A stretch of 64,000 nt of DNA, taken from the NCBI RefSeq assembly GCF_006345805.1, contig NW_021833460.1:1-64000 (forward strand). Direction: 5' to 3'. Made by a program: the position numbers and the translations under genes. Position 1 is the first letter of the stretch; every line of letters starts with the position of its first letter. The DNA comes from Octopus sinensis. Lineage: Eukaryota. Below the pieces are notes generated by a model. The model ran no database searches. It saw only the letters and a list, made by a program, of their open reading frames with translations, and was not told the origin of the DNA. This document shows positions 1-12,266 of this stretch, piece by piece.

Positions 1-364
1 CAAGCGTTCGAAGTCACAGTTTCTATTATTCTTGTGATATATATATGCATATATATATATACATATATATATAATATATATATATAGTATATATATATAT
101 ATATATATATTTTATCTAGTATACATATACATACTCATATATACACACACAATACAGACACAAGTGTATGTGTGTATGTGTGTGAGATCAACAGATTTGT
201 CGTGAGATATTGTTGATGAAAGGCGTGGTTATGGCCAAAAACGAAACCTAGAGCGTCGATAGGTTTACCAAATTTCCACGGAGGATGATGCAGATGTTGA
301 ATTCAAGACTATGTATGTAATGCAATATCACTATTCCAACGCTTTCGCCCAAGGCAGAGATGAC

Positions 365-620
365 AGAAGAGATATATGGCTTAGTGGTTATGTGTTGAAT
401 TCATGATCGTAAGACTGTGGTTTCGATTCTTGAAACGGGCGGCGCGTTGTGTTCTTGAGTAAAACAGTTCAATTCACGTTGCTACTGTCCACTCAGCTGG
501 TAAAAATGAGTAATCCGGCGACCCGTCAAGGTTGGAAATATATACGCCACTGATACCGGGAATCCGGCCCCTATGAGCCGACCCCTATAAGCTGGCCTCT
601 GTGAGCCGGCATGAGATGAT
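365..620 (+). mobile_element. tRNA-derived SINE, decayed
   Basis: A-box-like TGGCTTAGTGG (377-387) and B-box-like GGTTTCGATTC (419-429), followed by the TTGTGTTCTTGAGTAAAACA segment that related SINE copies in the window also carry. Confidence 0.7.
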
Positions 621-1149
621 AACTTTAACTTCACCTTGATATAGAGATGTAAAATCATGAGGAAGAAGAGAAAGCTACATCTCTTCTCATCTATAGTAAA
701 CCAAGAGCAATCTACGACCGTGAAATGGCTGAACGTTTTCTATTGCATCGGTCTCTCAATCTTCACTATCACGTACATGCTTGTCCTACACACTTATACG
801 CTCACACATATTATATACACATACGTACGCATGCTTGCTCACACATACTTTTGCCAGGTTACTGTTGTTCCCCTTTCCATTCAATCATTTCCCTACCGGT
901 CAACTGAACCTGCGAAACCGTTAATCAAGCCACATGTTTTTTTTCTGTTCGTTTTCTTTCCTCTCCCCACATTGTTTTCTTTTCTCATTCCTTCCTGTAG
1001 AAGAACGAGGGTTCGAAAAGCAAAAGACTTTTACAGTCTTCCTGAGTATAATTACACACACGCACACACACACATATGTATATAGATATATGGATTCACA
1101 CACACACACACAAAATATTAATATATATTCTTTTATGCTCTTATTATTT

Positions 1150-1463
1150 TAACTTGTTTCGGACCCCAGGATTTATTCTTTGTAAGCTTAGTAATTATTC
1201 TATCGGTACGTTTTGCCAAACCGCCAAGAAACGCGGACATGAACACACCTACATCAGTTGTCAAGCGATGGTGGTGGTGGTGCTAGGGGGACAAACACAG
1301 GTACGAAAACATATACATATATATATATACGACGGGCTTCTTTCAGTTTCCATCTACCAAATCCACTTGCAAGGATTTGGTCGGCGGAAGTTACCACGCA
1401 CTGGCAGTGAACACGGAATCGTGTGCCTGGGAAGTAAGCTTCTTACCACACAGCCATGCCTGC
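1150..1463 (-). mobile_element. Major SINE family ('SINE-A'), decayed copy
   Basis: Aligns by eye with the copies at 11861-12266, 46195-46565 and 50955-51375 (shared GACGGGCTTCTTTCAGTTTCC and CTTACCACACAGCC). Confidence 0.8.
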
Positions 1464-1499
1464 GACTATACATACATTTCTGTGTTTTTTCTCTCTCTT

Positions 1500-1625
1500 G
1501 TATCTTTCTGTTGAAGAGCGTAGGCTCGAACACGTCAACAAAGACTGTTTTATTTTATATTTCCTGAGCGCCATACTAATACAATTGTTCGTTTGTTTTC
1601 CACCTGCCTTCGTCTTTTGTTTATT
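1500..1625 (+). repeat. Penelope-terminus-like remnant with decayed hammerhead-like motif (a second remnant lies at ~960-1045)
   Basis: TGTTGAAGAGCGTAGGCTCGAACACG resembles CTGAAGAAGAGCCTCAGCTCGAAA at 12421; the catalytic core is broken. Confidence 0.35.
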
Positions 1626-1789
1626 TTCATAAAGCTTCCCGTTATATATATATATATATATATATAAAATAAAAATTAAAATGACGGTGAAAAATTGGAT
1701 ATAATTTGATAACATCAATTTTAACACCAGTGGTCTAGCATATAAAAAACTGAGGTTCAGTAAATAGTATTACATATCATATGTAAATA

Positions 1790-2030
1790 TAAAAGGGAAT
1801 ATTACCACTACGTGGAACCCTTATGCTAGAAGAAGATCCGCTATGGTCTTAACCACTAAGAATTGTTCTCTAGAAAATTTTGCAAACACCAGAAACGTAA
1901 GCGAACATTTGTCTTGCTCGCTTACGTTTCTGGTGTTTGCAAAATTTTCTAGAGAACAATTCTTAGTGGTTAAGACCATAGTGGATCTTCTTTTAACATA
2001 AGTGTTTCCACATAGTAGTAAAATTCCCTC
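1790..2030. repeat. Foldback/palindromic element with a 64-bp perfect inner stem
   Basis: 1841-1904 is the exact reverse complement of 1918-1981 with a 13-nt loop. The outer ~50 bp pair imperfectly. A related copy lies at 16420-16700. Confidence 0.9.
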
Positions 2031-3193
2031 ATATATTTATATATATATATATTATTCAAAGGAATTCCAATGCTGTCTGTTTTTTATGTTTTATTTATAT
2101 TCTTTATAATATTAATGTAGAATATAGTATATATAGTATATATATAGTAAAATGAAAAGAAGTATCGATTGCCTTATTGAATAGATGAAATACTGAATAT
2201 CAAATATTAAGGGACTAGTATACTTTCTTACATTAAAGCAGTCTGCAAGGTCCAAGGTTATGACAGAAGTATATATATATATACACGCATATAAATATTT
2301 ATGTAAAAAAACGTTTACAAGTTATACAATAAATTGAAAACCAATTATTTCATTTTCAGAACGTGATATGTAAATGAAAATATATTGTATGTACGTATAC
2401 ATACAAATTCGTATGTGTATGCATGTGTATTCATATATGTGTATATATACACGCACATAATATATAAATATATATATTAAAGTATGTATTCTCGATCGTT
2501 TACGTTGCGTAGATTATTATTAGAATACATTACACTGGCATTACCCATAATACTTCCGATTCTCATTACACATAATGAGAAGACATTTTACTCGCCTTCC
2601 TTCCTTCCTCCCTTCTTTTTTTCCTTCTCATTTCTTACGTCTCCTCATTCCTCTTCATTCTCGCTTTCTTTCATTCAATCTCTTCTGTTTTTTTTTCTTG
2701 ATATATATCTTTCAGACACGATCTTTCACCTTACTTTAAAGTCATCGCCGTCGATTTTTTTTCCTCCGTATTAGTTACGTGAAAGGTATGCGTTAGGCAA
2801 CATCAAGATTATATCTTTTGCTTTTCAATCTATATATTATTTCACCTATGTTTTTCTTCCTGTCTAATTTTGTTTATAAATCATTTATATATTTAATTGC
2901 ATTTGTGTTTGATTTGAGGATTATGCTCCTCCCAAACTTCGTCCTTCATCCTTCACTCCCTCCTTCCCACAAATAGTCTCAGAAGTCCTCGCAAATGGTC
3001 ATAGGTACTGCCTTCCTTCTTGAAGAAATATTAAATGATAATAAAACAAAGCAGAATAAGATTTAATTCTATACATACTTACAAATATACATCCATCCAT
3101 ACATACACATGGATATTTGTATACATATACACAAATATATATAAATATTTACAAACATATATATATATATACATTTTTATACATATCTATAGG

Positions 3194-3257
<64 letters not shown>

Positions 3258-3457
3258 ATACACATTTATATACACAGATATACATTATATATACACACAC
3301 ATAATTTTTACATATATACATTCTAAAGATATACTCACAAATAAGTACTTAATTGTGTGTGCATTTGTATACATAAATAAATACATACAAGTATACCCAT
3401 AAATATATGCATATATATATATACAAACACACACACAAATATAGGTATATATATATA

Positions 3458-3623
3458 TAATTTTCGTTTGTTATATCACATTTTCTCTTTATTCTCTCTA
3501 TACCCGCTCACCATTCCACGGCAAATGTGTTTACGTATCTATGTGTGTATATGTATGTGTGTGTGTGTGTGTGTGCGTACGTGTGTGAATGTGTGTGTAC
3601 GTGCTCTTTTATGTAATGGCGTA
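3458..3623 (+). repeat. Local ~165-bp segment that recurs inverted at ~5760-5925 and ~6940-7105
   Basis: TTGTTATATCACATTTTCTCTTTATTCTCTCTATACCCGCTCA is the reverse complement of TGAGCGGGTATAGAGAGAATAAAGAGAAAATGTGATATAACAA in the tandem unit. Confidence 0.9.
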
Positions 3624-3696
3624 TGTGGTGTAATTGTATTTGTATGCACACTTATCTATACGTACATATGTACATAATTACATCCGCTAATATATA

Positions 3697-3727
<31 letters not shown>

Positions 3728-3802
3728 ATAGAGAGAGAGAGAGACAGAGAGACAGAGACAGGGAGAGAGATTTTAGTATAAGTGGATAAATACACAAAAA
3801 CG

Positions 3803-3865
<63 letters not shown>

Positions 3866-4771
3866 GTACACATATGCATATATACATAACGTATATTAAT
3901 TTATAAATAATGTGTATATAATAACTAATTGTATACACTGCACTCTTTATTCGCTTCGCATAAAAATAGAGAAATAAATATAAATAAAATAGCAGATCGA
4001 TTTGTTTGTCTTTTTTGATGTATAATATATATTAATCAACGTGATCAGACTTTTTGATTTCTAATGTTATAGAAATAGATGGTTTATTTGTTTATTCATT
4101 GATTGATTCTACCGAATATCATTGGAAGTAGTAGAGAAATTAATAATTACTATCGGGTATTGAAACCGCATCACTAATATTTATAATTAATTTCACTAAC
4201 ATAGCAATGCTTTTAATCATATATATATCTATAAATACATATGTGTGAGTGTAAATGTGCGCGCGTGTATGTATTTTATTGTGTGTGTATGTATGTTTTT
4301 GTGTGTGTGTATGTATGCGTCTGTGTGTGTATAAATACATACAAACACGACGGGTTACTGATAGTTCCTGGCTTTGGATAAAAGAAAATATAGGAAGATT
4401 AGCTAATTAATGATTATATATATATATTGCTGTCGTAAGCACTATATTATTTGCACCAGTATTACCCAACCATCGAATTCAGAATCTATCTAAGTCTAGA
4501 ACTTTGTCCATTGTTCTCGTTCTAGTCTTGGATATATTTAGGTGTCACATATTCATATTTGGTTGGAATAGGATTTATCCTTTAGTGATATATTCAACTG
4601 TGTTTTCCTATTTTAAAGGTTAACAGTAGTAAGCGGTGAAATAAATATAATCATATTAGAACAAGATATTATAAAGGTAGTTTGGATAAATCCCAGTTGT
4701 TTCCTCTTGAAGCATATCTGCTTATTCCATTATTACAATACAATATGTAGTCTCAGATAGATAGATAGAAT

Positions 4772-4860
<89 letters not shown>

Positions 4861-5575
4861 GTTTCTTTATTAGCCACACAGGGCTGCACACAGATAGGAC
4901 AAATTACAAGGTAGAGCTTTTCTTTTTGGAAATGAAATAAAAAGTGAGGTAGGTTTTCGATCAAAAGGGATCGTAAAAGGGAAAAAAGAGAAAAAGAAAA
5001 GCAGGAAAAGAAACAAAAGAAAAGAAAAAAGAAAAAAGAAGAAAAAAAGGAAAAAAACGATCAATAGGGATCGTGTATCACAGTGTCATGATGTACGATG
5101 TAAAGGGGGAAGCAGATAAGGTTTATCCGTGGGAAGAAAAGCCTACGGAAAAGACCCCGGTAACCTCGGTCAATATTGTTACATGTTACCACATTTGTTT
5201 GCAAGTGGGTAACCCTCTGTTTTCATTTTCTAGGTTCATAGGATTATGCTCAAGGTGGCTTCGTCATTCATACGTGCCATCCTTGCTACATTCACCCATC
5301 TTTTTTTAAAACATTCGCTAGACAAAACTTGCCTCTGTACCCTCACTTTCCTTTTCAAGTGGTACTTGAAGAAGTTGATGAAAGATTGACCAGAGAGGAA
5401 AGTGTTTGTCTCCAATCCTTTCAGACGCGTCCACCAGATACATTCTTTCGCCATAGCCACAAGGATGATGAAAATAGCTCTTTCTTCCCGTTTGAAGGAA
5501 GGAGGCGTGACAATATTGACGATAGACTCAACTGATAAACCGACTCGTCCCACACGTGACAGCAGTTGTTCGACA
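4861..5575 (-). mobile_element. 5'-truncated Tx1/L1-like LINE 3' end (ORF2 C-terminus and 3'UTR), copy 1
   Basis: The minus strand reads IILVAMAKECIWWTRLKG...FKYHLKRKVRVQRQVLSSECFKKRW, which resembles Tx1-type ORF2 C-termini. The 3'UTR ends in AATAAAGAAAC followed by (TATC)n. Confidence 0.65.
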
Positions 5576-5595
5576 TAGATAGAAAGAACGAAAGC

Positions 5596-5646
<51 letters not shown>

Positions 5647-5724
5647 ATAAATAAATAAATATATATATATAAATAGATTGATAGATAGATAAATAAATAA
5701 ATAAATAAATATATATATATATAT

Positions 5725-5759
<35 letters not shown>

Positions 5760-5796
5760 CGCCATTACATACAAGAGCACGTACACAAACATTCAC

Positions 5797-5843
<47 letters not shown>

Positions 5844-5970
5844 CGTAAACACATTCGTCGTGGAATAATGAGCGGGTATAGAGAGAATAAAGAGAAAATG
5901 TGATATAACAAATGAAAATTATATAGATAGATAGATAGAAAGAAAGCTAGATAGATAGATATATAGATAA

Positions 5971-6754
5971 GTTTCTTTATTGGCCACACAGGGCTGCACA
6001 CAGGTGGGACAAGTTAAAAGGTAGAGCTTTTCTTTTGGGGGATGAAAAAAACAAAAAAACAAAAGAAACAAAAAAAAGGGGGTGGCGTAGGTTTTCGATC
6101 AAGAGGGATCGTAAAAGGGAAAAGCACAAAAAAATAAAATAAAAAATAAAAAATAAAAATAAAAAAAGAAGAAAAGGAAAAGGAACAAAAGAAAAGAGAA
6201 ATGAAAAAAGAAGAAAAAAGGGAAGAGGAAAAAAAAACGATCAATAGGGATCGTGTATCACAGTGTCATGATGTACGATGTAAAGGGGGAAGCAGATAAG
6301 GTTTATCCGTGGGAAGAAAAGCCTACGGAAAAGACCCCGGTAACCTCGGTCAATATTGTTACATGTTACCACATTTGTTTGCAAGTGGGTAACCCTCTGT
6401 TTTCATTTTCTGGGTTCATAGGATTATGCTCAAGGTGGCTTCGTCATTCATACGTGCCATCCTTGCTACATTCACCCATCTTTTTTTAAAACATTCGCTA
6501 GACAAAACTTGCCTCTGTACCCTCACTTTCCTTTTCAAGTGGTACTTGAAGAAGTTGATGAAAGATTGACCAGAGAGGAAAGTGTTTGTCTCCAATCCTT
6601 TCAGACGCGTCCACCAGATACATTCTTTCGCCATAGCCACAAGGATGATGAAAATAGCTCTTTCTTCCGTTTGAAGGAAGGAGGCGTGACAATATTGACG
6701 ATAGACTCAACTGATAAACCGACTCGTCCCACACGTGACAGCAGTTGTTCGACA
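5971..6754 (-). mobile_element. Tx1/L1-like LINE 3' end, copy 2 (mosaic)
   Basis: The body is nearly identical to copy 1 (ORF-track offset 1180 bp). The tail is nearly identical to copy 3. Confidence 0.65.
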
Positions 6755-6785
6755 TAGATAGAAAGAACGAAAGCTAGATAGATAG

Positions 6786-6818
<33 letters not shown>

Positions 6819-6842
6819 TAGATAGATAGATAAATAAATAAA

Positions 6843-6876
<34 letters not shown>

Positions 6877-6975
6877 AATAAATAAATAAATATATATATA
6901 TATATATAGATAGATAGATATAGATAGATAGATAGATACGCCATTACATACAAGAGCACGTACACAAACATTCAC

Positions 6976-7014
<39 letters not shown>

Positions 7015-7150
7015 ACATAGATACGTAAACACATTCGTCGTGGAATAATGAGCGGGTATAGAGAGAATAAAGAGAAAATGTGATATAACAAATGAAAATT
7101 ATATAGATAGATAGATAGAAAGAAAGCTAGATAGATAGATATATAGATAA

Positions 7151-7572
7151 GTTTCTTTATTGGCCACACAGGGCTGCACACAGGTGGGACAAGTTAAAAG
7201 GTAGAGCTTTTCTTTTGGGGGATGAAAAAAACAAAAAACAAAAGAAACAAAAAAAGGGGGTGGCGTAGGTTTTCGATCAAGAGGGATCGTAAAAGGGAAA
7301 AGCACAAAAAAATAAAATAAAAAATAAAAAAATAAAAATAAAAAAAGAAGAAAAGGAAAAGGAACAAAAGAAAAGAGAAATGAAAAAAGAAGAAAAAAGG
7401 GAAGAGGAAAAAAACGATCAATAGGGATCGTGTATCACAGTGTTATGATATATGGTGTAAAGGGGAAAGCAAGTAAGGTTTATCCGTGGGAAGAGAAGCC
7501 TACGAAAAAGACCACGGTGACCTTGGTCAATATTGTTATATGTTACCACATTTGTTTGCAAGTGGGTAACCC

Positions 7573-7573
<1 letters not shown>
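7151..7573 (-). mobile_element. Tx1/L1-like LINE 3'UTR fragment, copy 3
   Basis: Same 3' terminus (plus strand GTTTCTTTATTGGCCACACAGGGCTGCAC). Truncated at 7573, directly against (GATA)n. Confidence 0.65.
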
Positions 7574-7642
<69 letters not shown>

Positions 7643-8429
7643 TGTATATTGTTGGCGTTGTGAATAAATTGTTAACTTTAGGGAGGGGCGTGGAATATTT
7701 TTTTTTTTGGAATAGCATATCTCGAAGTACACGCATAAGGCTTTAAACAAGAACATGTACATATTGGGCTGAAAAGATTTTTGGATTGCAAAAGTTGGAG
7801 GATGCAAGTGATTCTTGAATCTACACCTCCTGTACACGATTTTGTCTCTGTTAGTCAACTTCTAATTCTTTACATCTTGGACTCACTTAGCTTCGTTGTT
7901 CGGTAAAAGACCGGTTGACCTATGTTAGATGCACTTGCTACTGAGTAGATTACAAATGAATAATGTTTACGGATAGATGTACCTTTAGTGTCGAAGCATT
8001 ACACTTTCATATAAACACGCAATCATGTTATGAATGTGAGGAAATATATATGGCAATAGATGTTCAAATATATCTATATATATGGGAGTGGGGTTTTACG
8101 GTTCGTCCGTTATGTAGCGGCGAAGTATTCTGCGTGGGCTTAAGAAAAATAGTAGATATACAAATAATACCAGCAGGTTCATTGGCAAAACAGGAGAAAA
8201 ATATGCCATGTCAGACAACCCCCATGCCTAAAGAAGAGTAAAAATATGGAGCAAAGATAACAAATGACAAAGAAGTGTACAAGGACAGTAAATAGGCCAA
8301 AGAAAGACACAGAAATAGCGAGAAATGTATGAGTAGGACAAAGAGAAATAGCGTACGATACCGAATTTGTGACGTTTCATTACATTTTAGTAGCAGTCTT
8401 GGCGTGTTCATGAGAGAATTTACAGGTAA

Positions 8430-8830
8430 TTCCTTTTACAAACACTAACATCGATGTGAATATAACCACAGACCCAAGCCCTCGTCAACTTCCTCCCACA
8501 ATAAGTGGGAAGTAACAAAACCTCTCTACTCCCCAAGTACTGGCTCACAAATTTGCAAGCCTCCTCAGGGGTGTCAGACAGCAATCACACCGTTGCATAT
8601 TTGACCACCCCCTGGAGATGAATTTAATAGATGGTAGATACTCTGCCAACTCCCTTTCAATAACAATCTTTTCAAATAGGGCGATGGTGTCGAGCGTCTT
8701 GGAGTATGTCCTCAACACCACCGTCTTCTATTCAAAGTCTTTCAACCACTCTTTGGGCAGGGCAATTTCCCACTCCAAAATATTGTCCTTGTTTTTTACC
8801 CTGTTTTTCTTTTGCAACAAAAAGTCCAAA
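8430..8830 (-). mobile_element. Degenerate ORF1-like fragment, possibly from a Tx1-type LINE
   Basis: Frameshifted minus-strand translation: KTVVLRTYSKTLDTIALFEKIVIERELAEYLPSIKFISRG / VKYATV*LLSDTPEEACKFVSQYLGSREVLLLPTYCGRKLTRAWV. The similarity to Tx1 ORF1 is from recall only. Confidence 0.4.
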
Positions 8831-9634
8831 ACAGTTCAAAAAACATTCCCAAAAAAAAAGAAGGAAGAAAAAGAAAGAAATCAAAAGAAAGTCACAACAA
8901 AAAGGAAGGAAGAAAAAAAGAAAACAGTTCTAGAAAAGAGGAAGTCACGAAAAAAGATAGAAGAAGGAAAGAAAACAGTCTGCAGTTAAAAAAAACACAG
9001 CAAGCAAAAGATCTTCTGGCCACTAAGGTAATCCAGACTTATTTGGTTATCCAATTTGAACCCCGAACGCCACAGCTGTTACACAGCTTCCACAAGATTA
9101 GTAAAGAAGTTGTTCTATCTTCGTTGAATTCTCGCTATTATTTGAAAAAAACTATTCAGTGAACAAGGTTTTGGAGGCGAGATACGCCCCAAAACAATAA
9201 TTCTCACATTTAGTGAAAAATACTATTCCCTCACCTGCAGGCAGACCAGAGTCCAGAATCCAGTAAGGACTTCTTGTTTGTACAAAAAGAATTACGGCAA
9301 AAGAAATAACTCTCACTGGAACCCCCCAACCCCCAAAAGACAAACAAAAGTCTTACCTTACAGTTGAGTTTCTTTTGCAATCAATTTCACCCGCTGCAAA
9401 CCAGCGTGACGACTTCTGTTCAGTGATACCAGCAACACTGACAACACGCATGCGCGGGAAGCAAGCTTCTTGCCGCAGAGCCATCCCTATACCTATAAAA
9501 GTAAGTGGCCAGTAAGCCGCTTCAGATAATCGAACTCCGTACCTCACAAGTTCCGGTTAACTCTTCTGTGCACTTAAACAAAGTGACATATGTATATGCA
9601 TTTATATATCCATCCAAATACATAGATATATATA

Positions 9635-9910
9635 CATTATTTACATTATTTACCTTATTTACATTTGACGGATATTTGTCCTCATCTTGTTTGTTGTTAA
9701 CACTTTTTATATTCAAGCCATATGGTATTAGCTTTGAGTCTCTCCATCTATACAGGAAAGTTAGATGGCTTGAAAGACGAGCTAATTTTTGATGGAGTTT
9801 CTCTATATGTCTCCATTGAAGTCTAATGTCGGCTTCGTACCGTCAAATGTAAATAATGTAAATAATGTAAATAATGTACATAATTCCTCATCTCTTAAAT
9901 ATAGAACTAT
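9635..9910. repeat. Two opposed fragments of a (ACATTATTT)n-containing repeat
   Basis: ACATTATTTACATTATTTACCTTATTTACATTTGACGG (~9635-9670) faces CCGTCAAATGTAAATAATGTAAATAATGTAAATAATGT (~9840-9877). The family also occurs at 48604-48757 and ~49755-49800. Confidence 0.75.
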
Positions 9911-10312
9911 ACATATATGTAACCTATATCGTAGGTTTGTAGACAGATTTAACTTAGCTAATTTTCCTAAGACAAACAAAAAAATGATGAAGAACGTTAT
10001 TCGATTTTCGAACAATATTGGATTATCCTCGGAGGCGTTTACTCCAATGTGACAAATCCCGGAGAATCTAACAGCCAATCTTATTATGTATTCAACAATT
10101 TCAGTAGCTGCAGGAAAGTGTACCTACTAGATTGCATCCCGTAAGGTTTAAACACTTTATTCAATATCAAGGGTCTGTCAACGAGTTCTCAGTCCGCACG
10201 GTATCAAGGTATGACATATGGAATTATTCTTAGCGACAAAAGCCACAAAGTGACTGAAAGTCAGGGAGTAAATTGGTATTTATTTATCATGCTCAGTTTG
10301 ATAGAGAGACAC

Positions 10313-10400
<88 letters not shown>

Positions 10401-10784
10401 TAGGGAGAGAGAGAGAGAGAGTAGGGAGAAAGAGTAGTAGTTAAGTAGATATGTAGATAAAGAGAAACATAGTTTGGAAATGACCATTTTTGAATCTCAC
10501 AACGTGAGATATTCAGCAACGCTACTTTGTAGTAAAGATTGTTTGCCAACATAATATGGCACTCCTGGTTTCGAAAATATAAGGACGTAGATCGTGTCGT
10601 ATAGCCAGTTGGAGACGGTGTCTCCTAGGGCTAAATTACAGCAACATTAGTCCTAAATCAGGACTGCCATGTTATGTTGGCAAACAATCTTTACTATATA
10701 GATGGTTCGAGAGATAGATAGGCAGACAGACAGATAAGTAGACAGACAGAAGACAAACAGACAGAGGGACAGACAAACAGATAA

Positions 10785-10861
<77 letters not shown>

Positions 10862-11860
10862 CATCCCAACGGACAAACAGATAGATATAGATGTGTACGT
10901 GTATTTGTGAACATACAGTGTTTCTCGGATAGCGAAGAATAAGATGCGATGAACTGACTGAAGAACTCATACTCTGATAAGCAGACAAAGATATACGCCA
11001 CAATTCAATATAGCCAACAACAACCCCCAACTACGCCGCCAACCTAAACACCAACTGCACCCCCAACCATAAACACTACACCAGAATAATCGAACGCTGA
11101 AATTATCGACTGTTTACTTAAATCAATCACACAAACGAGAAACAACTTAAAACATTATTAACAAAGAAAAACAAAAAAAAAGCAAAAACAAAACACTAAC
11201 ATCAAAGAAGAAAAAGAAGAACAACAACAATAACAACTATAGCAATTACAAACAATCTTAGAAAGCAAGCAATTAGTATAACATTAAACCTAAGTAGTGA
11301 ATCCTTAATTAGAAAGATACAGTTGCGTTCATGTTGCGTCTTAATCTGTGCGAAAATCCACTTTCTTCTCATTATTTATCTCGATTGTGCTATAAGTTGA
11401 TAGTGTTCTTAAACACTTAACTCCCTTGTTGCACTCTTCACTACCTTCATGCTCGCCTCCTTTTCATTCTTCGACTCTTCGCAGGCCTCTTCCCTACTCT
11501 CTTTCTCCCTAGTTAGCTGCTTACCTTTTTTCTCTCGAAATGTTTCTCAATGTTTCATCTTCGTTTGCTGATGGAACTTTCTTTCCTTAGCCGGACTGTT
11601 TGTTTGTTTGTTTGTTTCTTTCTTTCTATCTTTCTTCCTTTCTTTCCTTCTTTCTTTCTTTCTTTCTTTCTTTTTCTTCCTTTCGTTCTTCTTTCTTTCT
11701 TTTCTCTCTTCTCTCTTGCTTTATTCTTTTCTTTCTCTCTTCTTTCTTTATTTCTTCTGCGTTTTGCATTCTCTGTCTCTGAATATTTGTCTGAGTCTGC
11801 ATGCATTTGTTTGTGTGTGTGTATATAAATCTCTTTCTATACACACACACGCACATCCAT

Positions 11861-12266
11861 ATACTCTTTACTCTTTTACTTGTTTTAGTCATTTGACTGC
11901 GGCCATGCTGGAGCACCGCATTTAGTCGAGCAAATCGACCCCGGGACTTATTCTTTGTAAGTCCAGTACTTATTCTATCGGTCTTTTTTGCCGAACCGCT
12001 AGGTGACGGGGACGTAAACACACCAGCATCGGTTGTCAAGCAATGCTAGGGGGACAAACACAGACACACAAACACACACACACATACATATATATATATA
12101 CATACATATATGCGACAGGCTTCTTTCAGTTTCCGTCTACCAAATCCACTCACAAGGCATTGGTCGGCCTGGGGCTATAGCAGAAGACTTTTGCCCAAGA
12201 TGCCACGCAGTGGGACTGAACCCGGAACCATGTGGTTGGTTAGCAAGCTACTTACCACACAGTCGC
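11861..12266 (-). mobile_element. SINE-A, near full length
   Basis: The minus strand has a tRNA-like head (GGTTCCGGGTTCAGTCCCAC), an internal (TA)/(TG) microsatellite and the tail GCGGTGCTCCAGCATGGCCGCAGTCAAATGAC. Confidence 0.85.

Noticed and set aside
7573-9350. The ORF1-like fragment and the LINE 3' end as one internally deleted element
   Set aside because: The 3' fragment ends cleanly in (GATA)n like an independent truncated insertion, and unrelated sequence lies between the two.
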